Shown: in pieces, positions 18,371 through 26,917 of the stretch
Layout: every line of letters starts with the position of its first letter
Numbering within the stretch: position 1 is the first letter of the stretch
Virus record (IMG/VR): IMGVR_UViG_3300035701_000001
Reading direction: 5' to 3' (one strand)
DNA length: 64,000 nucleotides
Source of the DNA: a virus
Translations under genes and position numbers: made by a program
The notes under the pieces: generated by a model
Seen by the model: only the letters and a program-made list of their open reading frames with translations
The model's database searches: none
Told to the model about the DNA's origin: nothing

Positions 18371-18862
18371 ATGCCCGATCAACGAGAAGGAGCCTGGGGA
18401 TGGGTCGAGGTGGTCGAACGACGGGTCGTCTTCCCCTCGAACTGGGAAAAAATCTGGTTGCCCGACGGAGAGGTTGTCTCCGTCGCGTACATCAACCAAG
18501 ACACCGAGGAAATCCACTTCGAAGGATCCAGCCTGGGAAGCCTCCGCCAGAGTTGTACCTGCGATGGGCTCTACCTTTCGAAGGACGGGTCCGGACAGGA
18601 TGGATACCGACTCGAACTGGATACCCCCGAGAATCCCATCGGGCACCGGTTCTGGTCCGTCCACAGGGGGGAAAAGACCATTCCCGTGCAGAAAGCCCCT
18701 CCCATACAGGAAGGACTTCCTCCGGACTGCCAGGTTCTCACCCCGGAGGGATGTCGTCTCCTGAACACCCTGCAGCCGGGAGACAAGGTACTCGTCTGGA
18801 ACGATTCCCTCGGAAAATTGGTCGAACGGAACCTTCTGTCCTTCTCCCGGAACGGATCCTAG
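18371..18862 (+). CDS. hypothetical protein ending in a Hint/intein N-terminal fragment
   Basis: Last 49 aa GLPPDCQVLTPEGCRLLNTLQPGDKVLVWNDSLGKLVERNL resemble intein block A and following strands. Confidence 0.65.
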   Translation: MPDQREGAWGWVEVVERRVVFPSNWEKIWLPDGEVVSVAYINQDTEEIHFEGSSLGSLRQSCTCDGLYLSKDGSGQDGYRLELDTPENPIGHRFWSVHRGEKTIPVQKAPPIQEGLPPDCQVLTPEGCRLLNTLQPGDKVLVWNDSLGKLVERNLLSFSRNGS

Positions 18863-18884
18863 AAGTTCCAAAGGAGATACGAAG

Positions 18885-19193
18885 ATGACAAGGACAGGAT
18901 TCCTCCTCCTTTATGCCTCGGTGACAGGCATGCTTTTCCTGTTCGCGTTCGGATGGATGGTCCAGGTCTTCTACCGTCTCGGAACCTCTGGATTCACCTT
19001 CGGCCCTGCCTGGGACTACGAGATGGACAAAGCCAGGGAAGGACTCCGCTGGGCTGGATGGACAGCCTTCCTCGGCTTGTTCTGGCCGATGGCCCTGGTT
19101 GCCGCTTTCTTGTTCCTCGTCTGGCAGATTGCAGTTCCTTGCTGGACGGGGCTCGAACGATTCTACCAGACATGGCAGGAGCCTCACCGATGA
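18885..19193 (+). CDS. small membrane protein (2 TM)
   Basis: AAGGAG RBS; two TM segments. Confidence 0.7.
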   Translation: MTRTGFLLLYASVTGMLFLFAFGWMVQVFYRLGTSGFTFGPAWDYEMDKAREGLRWAGWTAFLGLFWPMALVAAFLFLVWQIAVPCWTGLERFYQTWQEPHR

Positions 19194-19420
19194 AATTCAC
19201 CGCCCGGTTCACCTTGGGTGCCCTCGTTCGCGGTACCGTCCGGCAGAAGCTGAAAGGTTACCTCGCGGGAATCGAGGGAATCTCTTACGACCTGGATGAG
19301 GACAAGGGATTCCTGGAATCCGACTTCCTGCTCACCGTGAGCGGAGACGACGAACAGATCGTGGAGCGGGTCAAGGCGGACATCCGGGACTACTTCGATC
19401 GGGCAAGGAGGGCCGGATGA
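19190..19420 (+). CDS. hypothetical protein
   Basis: ATGA coupling at both ends. Confidence 0.7.
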   Translation: MKFTARFTLGALVRGTVRQKLKGYLAGIEGISYDLDEDKGFLESDFLLTVSGDDEQIVERVKADIRDYFDRARRAG

Positions 19421-19737
19421 ACAACAGCATTCGACAGGGCTCTGACCTCGCACGATTCCAGAGAGAAATCTACGACAACAAGGTCAAAAAGGGCTTCAAC
19501 GTCACGGACATTTACCTGGAGTTTTGTTATCTCCACGGAGAAGTGACGGAAGCCTTCGAAAGCTACCTGAAACAAAAACCGAACCAGGGAGAGGAACTCG
19601 CTGATATCGCAATCTTCCTCTTTGGACTCGCAGAGATCCTCCATGTGGATCTCGAAGCTGAGATCCTACGGAAGATGGAGAAGAACAGGAATCGCACCTA
19701 CGAAAAAGTGGGAGACGGCTTTGTCAAAAACGAGTGA
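19417..19737 (+). CDS. MazG-like NTP pyrophosphohydrolase
   Basis: LHGEVTEAFE...GEELADIAIFLFGLAEIL.VDLE.EI..KMEKN..R. Confidence 0.88.
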   Translation: MNNSIRQGSDLARFQREIYDNKVKKGFNVTDIYLEFCYLHGEVTEAFESYLKQKPNQGEELADIAIFLFGLAEILHVDLEAEILRKMEKNRNRTYEKVGDGFVKNE

Positions 19738-19753
19738 ATCCGAACCCGAAAAG

Positions 19754-19927
19754 ATGGGGATGAAGAAGAAGGAACCCAACCAGCCGACTTCCCGGTACGG
19801 TCCCTGTCCTGAATGTGGGGATGAATCCTCCCTCATCGTATGGGGCTGGCACGGCATCTACTATGATTTGCAGTGTAAGAACGGCCACGATTGGACCTAC
19901 ACATTTCCAAATAAACAGGAAGGATGA
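19754..19927 (+). CDS. small Zn-ribbon protein
   Basis: CPECG...CKNGH. Confidence 0.55.
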   Translation: MGMKKKEPNQPTSRYGPCPECGDESSLIVWGWHGIYYDLQCKNGHDWTYTFPNKQEG

Positions 19928-19953
19928 TTCCGATGGAGACCAGAGGATAAAAG

Positions 19954-20544
19954 ATGAAAAAACACCTTACCTGGGCCGAAATCGCACACAGAGCAGAAAG
20001 TCCCGTTCCAGAAGAAGGGCCGATCCGAACGATCTTCTGGCACTTCTATGGCCAGACGGGGGGTTTCCCGCGCATCCACTCCTGTCCTGCCTTTCTCGCC
20101 ACAGGTGTCATCGACTACGTCCGACAGCGGCATGGCCTGGAGCCAGTCGAAGTCCTCTGCAACGAGTCGCTTACGATGGATCCAGGAGGAACGCTCTGGG
20201 GAGCGGACCATCCTCACCGCACGGCAAGTTTCGGGGAAGGAGAACAGTCTTACCCCCTTTCCATCCACCCCTACCATGCAGAGACTCTGCTTTCCTGGAT
20301 CCCTCAATGCCTGGGCGAACCTGAATACCGGAGAATCTTCGAAGGGGTCCCCTGCCTGAGGGTACCGTCCTTCCCGGCGCAGATCACGGTGTTTCCCCTT
20401 TCGGACTGTGAGGCAATCCTCGCCTTTCTCGATACGCTCCTCCCGGAACACGATGCCATCTGCAAAGAAGCCAAGCATCCTACCCAACGTCTGGGGGGGC
20501 CGAAGATGGAACCACGAATCCAGATGCGGAACCGGAGACCCTGA
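19954..20544 (+). CDS. hypothetical protein
   Basis: Long ORF with GAGG RBS. Confidence 0.65.
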   Translation: MKKHLTWAEIAHRAESPVPEEGPIRTIFWHFYGQTGGFPRIHSCPAFLATGVIDYVRQRHGLEPVEVLCNESLTMDPGGTLWGADHPHRTASFGEGEQSYPLSIHPYHAETLLSWIPQCLGEPEYRRIFEGVPCLRVPSFPAQITVFPLSDCEAILAFLDTLLPEHDAICKEAKHPTQRLGGPKMEPRIQMRNRRP

Positions 20545-20545
20545 A

Positions 20546-21421
20546 ATGCACCCGTACGACCAGAGTCCTTTCGTCGTCCCCCTCTCCCAGGATGACCTCT
20601 CTACCCTCGCACTCCCCCAGGGAAACTACGGAAATGGAGTGCACATCTCCCGCATGAACGGGAAGTGGCACCTCGAACCGGGAACGAATGAATGGAGGCC
20701 CCCTCGCAGGAAACGGAAGAGGGAATCCACCGTCCGGACCCTTGGGAGCCTGATGCGGGACATGCGGTCCGACCCCCAACCCATTCCCCTCGACTTGGAC
20801 GAGGTTGTCCTCTCCCCGCACCCGGCGGATCGCTGGGAGGTGGTCGGGCACTGGAACTTGGCAGGAGCCTGGAGAATCCGGGGAACGGAGGACTGGCCAT
20901 TCGGCGGACAGAAGAAGACCTGGGAAGAAGTCCAGGAAGAACCAAGTCCCAAACTCGTGGCCTGCCTGCCGGACGGAACGGTCTTCGTCCCACGCATCCC
21001 CTCTTTCCAGGAGGCCGAAGCCTGGGTCATCGCCCAGGACCTGTCCGTTCCGGAAACCCAGTGCGACTGCGGAAAGGTCCACTGGGGAGCGGGCAAGGTC
21101 GTTGGACTTCTCGTGAGTAACCTCGGATTCCCTGGCAAGCTGCCGATCCCGAACGTGAACCTGATCGTACAGGAACACTGCCGCAAGAACTTCCATGGCA
21201 AGTGCCCCGAGATGGTCCTGGACTTGCGGATTTGCGCATGGCTCCACTGCGTGGAACCCGGAGGGATGAGCCCCCTCGAATGGATGCGGACACGGGGAGA
21301 TGAAGAAGCGCGTACGGAGGCGGAGCGGATCCTCGAAGCAACCCGGAAGGCACAAGAGGAAAACGAGGCACAGTGGGCTCTTTTGCGCGCCCGACTTTCA
21401 AATGGGAAACCCCTGGCATGA
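20546..21421 (+). CDS. hypothetical protein
   Basis: GGAG RBS; CDCG and HC..CP motifs. Confidence 0.65.
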   Translation: MHPYDQSPFVVPLSQDDLSTLALPQGNYGNGVHISRMNGKWHLEPGTNEWRPPRRKRKRESTVRTLGSLMRDMRSDPQPIPLDLDEVVLSPHPADRWEVVGHWNLAGAWRIRGTEDWPFGGQKKTWEEVQEEPSPKLVACLPDGTVFVPRIPSFQEAEAWVIAQDLSVPETQCDCGKVHWGAGKVVGLLVSNLGFPGKLPIPNVNLIVQEHCRKNFHGKCPEMVLDLRICAWLHCVEPGGMSPLEWMRTRGDEEARTEAERILEATRKAQEENEAQWALLRARLSNGKPLA

Positions 21422-21440
21422 ACAGGCCAAACTTCTCGGA

Positions 21441-21687
21441 CTCCGCGTCCTCCGCGTCCTCTGCGGTGGAAAAGAAGGGCAGGATCACCACGAAGAACAC
21501 GAAGAACACGAAGGATCGGTCCGAACTCCGCGTTCTCCGCGTTCTCTGCGGTGGAAAAGAAGGGCAGAATCACCACGAAGAACACGAAGAACACGAAGGA
21601 TCGGACGGACCAAACTCCGCGTTCTCCGCGTCCTCTGCGGTGGAAAAGAAGGGCAGGATCACCACGAAGAACACGAAGAACACGAAG
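21441..21687. repeat. nonamer-based inverted-repeat cluster B (R-L x3)
   Basis: Three near-identical 73-bp units CTCCGCGTYCTCCGCGTYCTCTGCGGT-GGAAAAGAAGGGCAGRATC-ACCACGAAGAACACGAAGAACACGAAG starting at 21441, 21526 and 21615. Confidence 0.95.
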
Positions 21688-21701
21688 AAGGAAACCAAGG
21701 C

Positions 21702-22139
21702 ATGAACGACCTGGAACGACGTGGCAATTTTTGCCGGATCTATCAGTGCTCATCCTGTGGTACGGTACTGGCGGATGGCCCCATCGAAGAAACGTACTGG
21801 CTGACGCGAAAACGGAGAATCCAGGCGTGGGTATTTGGGTTGATCTCCTTCGGAGTCCTGCTTCTTCCTCTTTTTGAAAGAAATCCGAATGGAAAACCTC
21901 CCAAATTCGACAGGCCCCCCTCCTTCTTGATCTGCCCTCGGTGCGGAGCCGACAACGACAAGCTGGAGATGAAGTTCGCGGCTTGGGTCTCGACCTCCCA
22001 CTGGTTTCTGCCCTGGACCTGGGGACGGGGATCCTGGCTCTTGCGGGAGGATTTCCAGAGGCTTCTGACCGGAGAAGACGAGAAGCCGGAAGGAGGAGAA
22101 CTGACCTTGATGAAGGGAGGGAAGAGAAAGTCTGTTTGA
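21702..22139 (+). CDS. Zn-ribbon membrane protein
   Basis: CSSCG, one TM segment, CPRCG. Confidence 0.65.
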   Translation: MNDLERRGNFCRIYQCSSCGTVLADGPIEETYWLTRKRRIQAWVFGLISFGVLLLPLFERNPNGKPPKFDRPPSFLICPRCGADNDKLEMKFAAWVSTSHWFLPWTWGRGSWLLREDFQRLLTGEDEKPEGGELTLMKGGKRKSV

Positions 22140-22164
22140 CACAGGCCGTGTCATCCAGTAGATT
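22136..22164 (+). promoter_or_regulatory. promoter/operator copy P3
   Basis: TTGACA-17bp-TAGATT; TGACAC-AGGCC-GTGTCA. Confidence 0.88.
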
Positions 22165-22181
22165 TCCCCTCGGAGGTTCCC

Positions 22182-22520
22182 ATGAAGATGCAGCGCTTCA
22201 TCATCCGATTCGTCTCCGAATGCGAGATGACCGTCTACGCCCCCGAGGGGACCGATGCGGAGGACATCGAGGAGATCGCCACAGAAATCGCCCAGTCTCC
22301 CTCCATCCATGGCTGGGATTTCCCCGAGTTCCAAGTGGACGTCCATCCACGGGACCTCGTCGATCTTTCCGAGTCCGACCGGCTACGGTCGGAACCGAAC
22401 GCCCACGGGTTCCGAGCCGTCCTGTCCGGCCCTCTCGCGGACAAAGACACCGTGGTCCTTTCGGATGGGAAAGACGATCTCGTGGCGCCGGAAGACGCCA
22501 CGTGGTGGGAAGCACCATGA
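22182..22520 (+). CDS. acidic hypothetical protein
   Basis: GGAGG RBS, first gene after P3. Confidence 0.7.
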   Translation: MKMQRFIIRFVSECEMTVYAPEGTDAEDIEEIATEIAQSPSIHGWDFPEFQVDVHPRDLVDLSESDRLRSEPNAHGFRAVLSGPLADKDTVVLSDGKDDLVAPEDATWWEAP

Positions 22521-22750
22521 AGTGGAAGAAAGTCCAACGGGAAGAGTCCAAGCTCGTCCTGCCCGCTCGGGTCTATAAAGCAGGACAGTGGATGGCCATT
22601 GTTGGCTTCCTCCTCCTCGCCTTTTCTTCTTGGATTGGACCCTTCCTCGACTCCTGGCTTCCCCGCTGGACTGCCCTCCTTCCCTCTCTCCTTCTCTTCG
22701 TTGGGCTCGGTGTCCACTTCCTCTGCGTTCCCGAGGAGAAGGAACCATGA
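22517..22750 (+). CDS. small membrane protein (2 TM)
   Basis: ATGA coupling. Confidence 0.7.
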   Translation: MKWKKVQREESKLVLPARVYKAGQWMAIVGFLLLAFSSWIGPFLDSWLPRWTALLPSLLLFVGLGVHFLCVPEEKEP

Positions 22751-22983
22751 AAAAAGGGGATTGGATGTGGAACAAGCCCTGGAGACTCGGGCTCATGGTT
22801 CTCACCTTCGGACTCTTGTTCGGAGGATGGGGGTGCATCTACCTCGTTCTTCTCCCAATCAAAGGAGGAGAGGGAGAAGCCGTCGCGTTCGTCGGCTGGC
22901 TTCTCCTCTGCTCTGCCCTCGGGAATGGACTGGCCCGGTTCGGAGAACGAAAGGGGCTAGACGGAGAAAAGGAGGAGCCCTGA
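22747..22983 (+). CDS. small membrane protein (2 TM)
   Basis: ATGA coupling. Confidence 0.7.
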   Translation: MKKGDWMWNKPWRLGLMVLTFGLLFGGWGCIYLVLLPIKGGEGEAVAFVGWLLLCSALGNGLARFGERKGLDGEKEEP

Positions 22984-23216
22984 TACCCGGAAAACCCATC
23001 CTCTCCCCCTGGAGAATCCTCCTCACGTTCCTGTTCTACGGATCGGTTCTCGTCCTGTTCGGGCTCGTCCTCTTCACCAACTTCCTCGCGGATTCAGAAA
23101 CAGGAAGGCTCGGGTGGATCCTCCTGGTCTTCTACGGGTGCGGCTTTCTCATCCAGAGACTCATCCGACTCGGAAGACGGATGGGATTCGAGGAAGAAGA
23201 AGGAGTGGAATCCTGA
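22983..23216 (+). CDS. small membrane protein (2 TM), apparent ATA start
   Basis: GGAGG 7 nt upstream of TGATA where TGATG is expected. Confidence 0.55.
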   Translation: MPGKPILSPWRILLTFLFYGSVLVLFGLVLFTNFLADSETGRLGWILLVFYGCGFLIQRLIRLGRRMGFEEEEGVES

Positions 23217-23304
23217 TGCCTGCACGAATGCCCGGAAGGGACTGCCTTCGAAGACCTTCTGGTTGTCTGTCTAGTACAAAGTCGTCCATCCGGAGGATAG
23301 GCAC

Positions 23305-23589
23305 ATGCTGGAAGTAATCTCTTGGATGTTGGAAAACCCAAACTGCGTGGTCAAAGTTCTGGTGCAAGGAACAACAGTTAAGATCGAACTCCCCGTTCTC
23401 GACTTGGGGGTGTGGGTCCGAAACGGTGTCCTAACCCATCCGGGAAGCCACCAGTTCACGCACAGCGGTGAAGAGGAACTCGTGCTGTTCAGATGGGATG
23501 AAAGTGCTCATCCTACGTTTGCCCGCGAGTTCGCTACCCTTTGCTGTGTGAACGGCATCTTTCAGTTCTGTCCCCCTATGAACGGGTGA
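23305..23589 (+). CDS. hypothetical protein (possibly 5'-degraded)
   Basis: GGAGG RBS; the upstream frame continues through a TAG at 23272-23274. Confidence 0.5.
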   Translation: MLEVISWMLENPNCVVKVLVQGTTVKIELPVLDLGVWVRNGVLTHPGSHQFTHSGEEELVLFRWDESAHPTFAREFATLCCVNGIFQFCPPMNG

Positions 23590-23686
23590 TGGAGACCGCA
23601 CACGACGTCCTCTTCGCAGGTGGACAACAGGAAGACGACCGGGGCAGAAACCTGGAACTCGACGGAGAAAAAGAGGTGAAATCCTG

Positions 23687-23851
23687 ATGCCTGCACGCTG
23701 GAAATCTTCAGAACGGTGGTTCTTCGCGGCCGTCATCGCCATCGTCATCCTGGGGTCCACCCTCGTCCACTGGATCGACCAGGCCTGGCCCGATCCACCT
23801 CCCTGTGACTGTTCCTGCGAAGAGTTGGCCCCCGGAGCGACCTCCCCATGA
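23687..23851 (+). CDS. small single-TM protein
   Basis: MPARWKSS..TM..CDCSC; GAGGTG RBS; ATGA coupling downstream. Confidence 0.55.
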   Translation: MPARWKSSERWFFAAVIAIVILGSTLVHWIDQAWPDPPPCDCSCEELAPGATSP

Positions 23852-24258
23852 TGGCCGAGCTTGCCCTGGCCGCAGGATGGGGACTCCTCCTCGGGGTCCT
23901 GGTGGGCCACTTCTGGCCCCGCCACAAGGATCCATACAACCCATTGCACCCTCCGGTTTGCATCGGACAGGTCTGGAGGGATGCTGAGGGCAACGAGGGT
24001 GCCGTGTACGAGTTCGACTTCGACGATGTCCTGGTGGAATGGAAGAACCCCTCTGACTGGGGGACTTCTGTCAGCCCCTATTCCCCCATGACTCGTCGCA
24101 AGGGGAAACCTGCATCCCTGCGGGGACTATGTACACTCGCACGGGATGAACGGGGAAACGAGCCCGAGTTCCATCGGATGGAGAAAGCTTTACCAGGGGC
24201 TGGTGATCTCACACTCCTCCAGAATCCCGAGAAGAAAAAGCTCCGCGAGGTGCGATGA
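23848..24258 (+). CDS. N-terminal TM hypothetical protein
   Basis: Coupled at both ends. Confidence 0.65.
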   Translation: MMAELALAAGWGLLLGVLVGHFWPRHKDPYNPLHPPVCIGQVWRDAEGNEGAVYEFDFDDVLVEWKNPSDWGTSVSPYSPMTRRKGKPASLRGLCTLARDERGNEPEFHRMEKALPGAGDLTLLQNPEKKKLREVR

Positions 24259-24593
24259 TGAATTCCCGTTCTCCCGGCGTCGGAAATCCGCTCACGTTCT
24301 GCTGCTGGAACTGCCGACGGAACAACCGAAAATTCGAGAACCCCATTCCGGATGGCCGAATCGACCAGGTCCTGATCATCGGCAAGACCCGGAAGAACCA
24401 TGCCCTCCTCGGTCGAGAAGCCTCTTCCCCAAGGATGCGGAAAATCCGGGTCCAATACCGCTGCCTGGACTGTGGGCATGTCGGATGGTCTGCGCATGTC
24501 GACCTCGTGAACCGGTTCGAGCAATGGCAGGCAACAATTCCCCAGGAATCCATCCCCTTTCCGAAAAAAGAAGAGAGGAACGAAACTTTATGA
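24255..24593 (+). CDS. Zn-binding phage hypothetical protein
   Basis: CWNC...YRCLDCGHVGWSAH. Confidence 0.7.
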   Translation: MMNSRSPGVGNPLTFCCWNCRRNNRKFENPIPDGRIDQVLIIGKTRKNHALLGREASSPRMRKIRVQYRCLDCGHVGWSAHVDLVNRFEQWQATIPQESIPFPKKEERNETL

Positions 24594-24871
24594 GCCATGA
24601 ACCGCCGAGTGATCTGGACCGTCTGCAGGCATCCCTCCAGGGCATCGAGGAGGCAATCCAGGATCAGACAAAGGTAATTTCAGAGCTTCATCATGGATTC
24701 CATACCGCTCTTGCCGAGGAATACCTGGAACGTGCGGTGAGTGCCGAAAGGAAGTGGAAGGAACTCGATGCCAAGCTGCGGAACCTGGCCGGGAAGTGGA
24801 AGAAAGCAAACTGCAACACATCCTTCGATGTCTGTGCTTGTGAATTGCTCTCCTTGTTGGACAAGTCATGA
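24590..24871 (+). CDS. hypothetical protein
   Basis: ATGA coupling. Confidence 0.6.
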   Translation: MSHEPPSDLDRLQASLQGIEEAIQDQTKVISELHHGFHTALAEEYLERAVSAERKWKELDAKLRNLAGKWKKANCNTSFDVCACELLSLLDKS

Positions 24872-25164
24872 CCTGTGAAAACTGGACCCCAAGCCTCTGG
24901 CGTACTCTCATCGGCGAATACCTGGAGGTCAAGCCAAGTCTCGTCGCAAACCGGATGACACCCAACGACATGACGGCACGGCAACAGGTGGGCCTCTACC
25001 TCAAGTCCTTCGGAGGCAACGCCCTCGTGACGTTTCGCTCCCTGCCTCGTGACGTGCAACGGGGATACCAGAAGCAGTGGCCCGAGTTCGAGGGGCTCCT
25101 GGAGCAGTGCATCCAGGAAGGACCCGGAAATCCGATGCCGCCTCCTGTCGATTCGGAGATCTGA
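24868..25164 (+). CDS. hypothetical protein
   Basis: ATGA coupling. Confidence 0.6.
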   Translation: MTCENWTPSLWRTLIGEYLEVKPSLVANRMTPNDMTARQQVGLYLKSFGGNALVTFRSLPRDVQRGYQKQWPEFEGLLEQCIQEGPGNPMPPPVDSEI

Positions 25165-25324
25165 CAGAGAGATTCACAAAAATGCAAGCAGAACATCTTG
25201 AAACCGGACGTGTCCTCGGGTAGAGGAGGGTGGAAACGCAACTTCCACGGAGGAACAGGCCATGTACAGACCCGGATGCGTGAGACAGGCTCCGATGATG
25301 CCCGCGATAGGCATGGGGGACTCG

Positions 25325-25564
25325 ATGAAGAGTGCCAACCTCGCGAAGGTCGAGAACGGCTTCATCGTGACCCTCTGCTACCCGAAGAAGTTCGAGCCTT
25401 CTGCCGAAGAGCGAAAGCTGATGGAGAAGTACGCCGGATCATGCGAGGGGCCTCCGCTCGGACTCGGAGAACTCGACTTCGGAAACCAGATGGTCGAAGA
25501 GACCCATGTGGCCAAGACCTGGGACGAGGCGGTGCAGATCCTGGCCACCTGCATGGCCACCTGA
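25325..25564 (+). CDS. hypothetical protein (VENGFIV motif)
   Basis: GGGGGA RBS. Confidence 0.6.
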   Translation: MKSANLAKVENGFIVTLCYPKKFEPSAEERKLMEKYAGSCEGPPLGLGELDFGNQMVEETHVAKTWDEAVQILATCMAT

Positions 25565-25578
25565 CAAGGCGAGCCGAT

Positions 25579-25836
25579 CTCCGCGTTTTCCGCGTTCTTT
25601 GCGGTAGAAAAGAACGGAGGGATCACCACGAAGAACACGAAGAACACGAAGGATCGGATGGGCCGGACTCCGCGTTCTCCGCGTTCTCAGCAGTAGATTT
25701 CCTCTCCGGATTTCTACCACGAAGAACACGAAGGACATGAAGGAAGACGGAGGACCCTCTGATCTCCGCGTTCTCCGCGTTCTCAGCGGTAGAAAAGACT
25801 GAAAGAACCACCACGGAGGACGCGGAGGACACGGAG
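25579..25836. repeat. nonamer-based inverted-repeat cluster C (R-L x3)
   Basis: Same arms as clusters A and B with more variable loops; intergenic. Confidence 0.92.
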
Positions 25837-25883
25837 AGCACACCAGTCCAAACGGTTTCTCGACCTCTTGCCCATGAAACGGT

Positions 25884-25912
25884 TCGACACAGCCTGTGTC
25901 ACAGGGTAGAAG
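25884..25912 (+). promoter_or_regulatory. promoter/operator copy P4 (drives paralog array)
   Basis: TCGACA-17bp-TAGAAG; CGACAC-AGCCT-GTGTCA. Confidence 0.78.
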
Positions 25913-25932
25913 AGGGGAGAGGTTTCTCTCCA

Positions 25933-26502
25933 ATGTCCAAAACGAAGGACAAGACCCAGAAAAACAAGGTCCGAAAGGACAAGACCCGGTTCGTCTCCGT
26001 GCTCTTGCACCCTCCCAAGGGAGATCCACAGGGACTCTTGAGGGAAGGACCACTCGGGGCTCGGCCCCCCATGGCCTGGCTCTCGAAGACGAGCGAACGA
26101 AAGCACGAGGAGTGCCTGGATTGCGATCCCTGCTTCGAACTGCACCGGGAAGGCTATAGCCATTGCACGGTGTGTGAAGAGGAATGGCCGTGCAGCCAGG
26201 TGGGTAAGGTCGAGGTTCCTGCAAGCAAACAGTGGAAGCCCTGCGAGGGGTGCCCCCCCGAGAAAGAACGGTGGAGACCCTGTGGAGGGTGCCGGGGAGA
26301 TGCCATCGTGCTTGCCTGGGAAGGCCAGGTCATCGAGGGGGGCTGTACGTGGCTCACCATGAGATACCCATCGAGAATGTTCAGCACCCTTTACGTAGAT
26401 GTTGTCTTCATGCTCAAAGAGCAAACCGATTTCAGTTCCCTTCGCGCGGTGGGAGAGGTTGTCCTGCTCGATGCGAACGGCAAGGAGGTGTTCGGTGACT
26501 GA
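25933..26502 (+). CDS. array paralog 1 (GPCGARPP/LVLAWEG/LDAxGKE family)
   Basis: GLLREGPLGARPP...IVLAWEG...VLLDANGKEV; Cys-rich insert. Confidence 0.85.
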   Translation: MSKTKDKTQKNKVRKDKTRFVSVLLHPPKGDPQGLLREGPLGARPPMAWLSKTSERKHEECLDCDPCFELHREGYSHCTVCEEEWPCSQVGKVEVPASKQWKPCEGCPPEKERWRPCGGCRGDAIVLAWEGQVIEGGCTWLTMRYPSRMFSTLYVDVVFMLKEQTDFSSLRAVGEVVLLDANGKEVFGD

Positions 26503-26917
26503 CCCCTCCGCCATCCTGCTCGTTGCCACATCCGAACACGGCAAAGCCCTGTTGCGAGAGGGGCCGTGTGGAGCACGCCCCCCGATGGTCGTGCTGGGAG
26601 GGAAGGGCCGAGACGGTCCGGCACGGTGGCTTCCACGCGACCAGGCAGACTGGACAACGACCAATCGGAGATGTCCCATGTTGGGGCGGGATTTCGGCGG
26701 GGGCCATCGTGCCGTTACCGCTCTTGTTCTCGCCTGGGAGGGGGAAAACGTCCCCGAAGGCTGGGACCGCCTCACCCGTGTCGCGCCGAAGGTCTATCTG
26801 TCCCGTCTGAACTTCTTTCCCGACGGTGCGCTCGCCTGTGCGCGTGCGTACGAACGGGCCGGATTCGGGACCGTCGTCTGCCTGGGAACGGACGGCAAGG
26901 AGATGTCCGATGGCTGA
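26495..26917 (+). CDS. array paralog 2
   Basis: GTG start in GTGACTGA overlap; EGPCGARPP, LVLAWEG, CLGTDGKEM. Confidence 0.85.
   Translation: MTDPSAILLVATSEHGKALLREGPCGARPPMVVLGGKGRDGPARWLPRDQADWTTTNRRCPMLGRDFGGGHRAVTALVLAWEGENVPEGWDRLTRVAPKVYLSRLNFFPDGALACARAYERAGFGTVVCLGTDGKEMSDG

Noticed and set aside
19754-19927. YYDLQCKNGHDW as a possible C-intein partner for 18713
   Set aside because: It is better explained as a CPECG...C..GH Zn ribbon and lacks the terminal His-Asn plus +1 nucleophile.
21441-21687. CRISPR-like alternation of repeats and short spacers (also 7645 and 25579)
   Set aside because: The units are alternating inverted arms built from 9-mers. The spacers are 12-21 nt and similar to each other, and there are no cas genes or leader.
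21300-21701. N-terminal extensions of ORFs through repeat cluster B, and minus-strand FVFFVV/LRVLRG ORFs
   Set aside because: These are translations of the repeat DNA; the real downstream gene starts at ATG 21702.
82-25223. Stop-codon reassignment (alternative genetic code)
   Set aside because: TAA, TAG and TGA all end many well-coupled genes, and the interruptions involve different stop codons in a few patches only.
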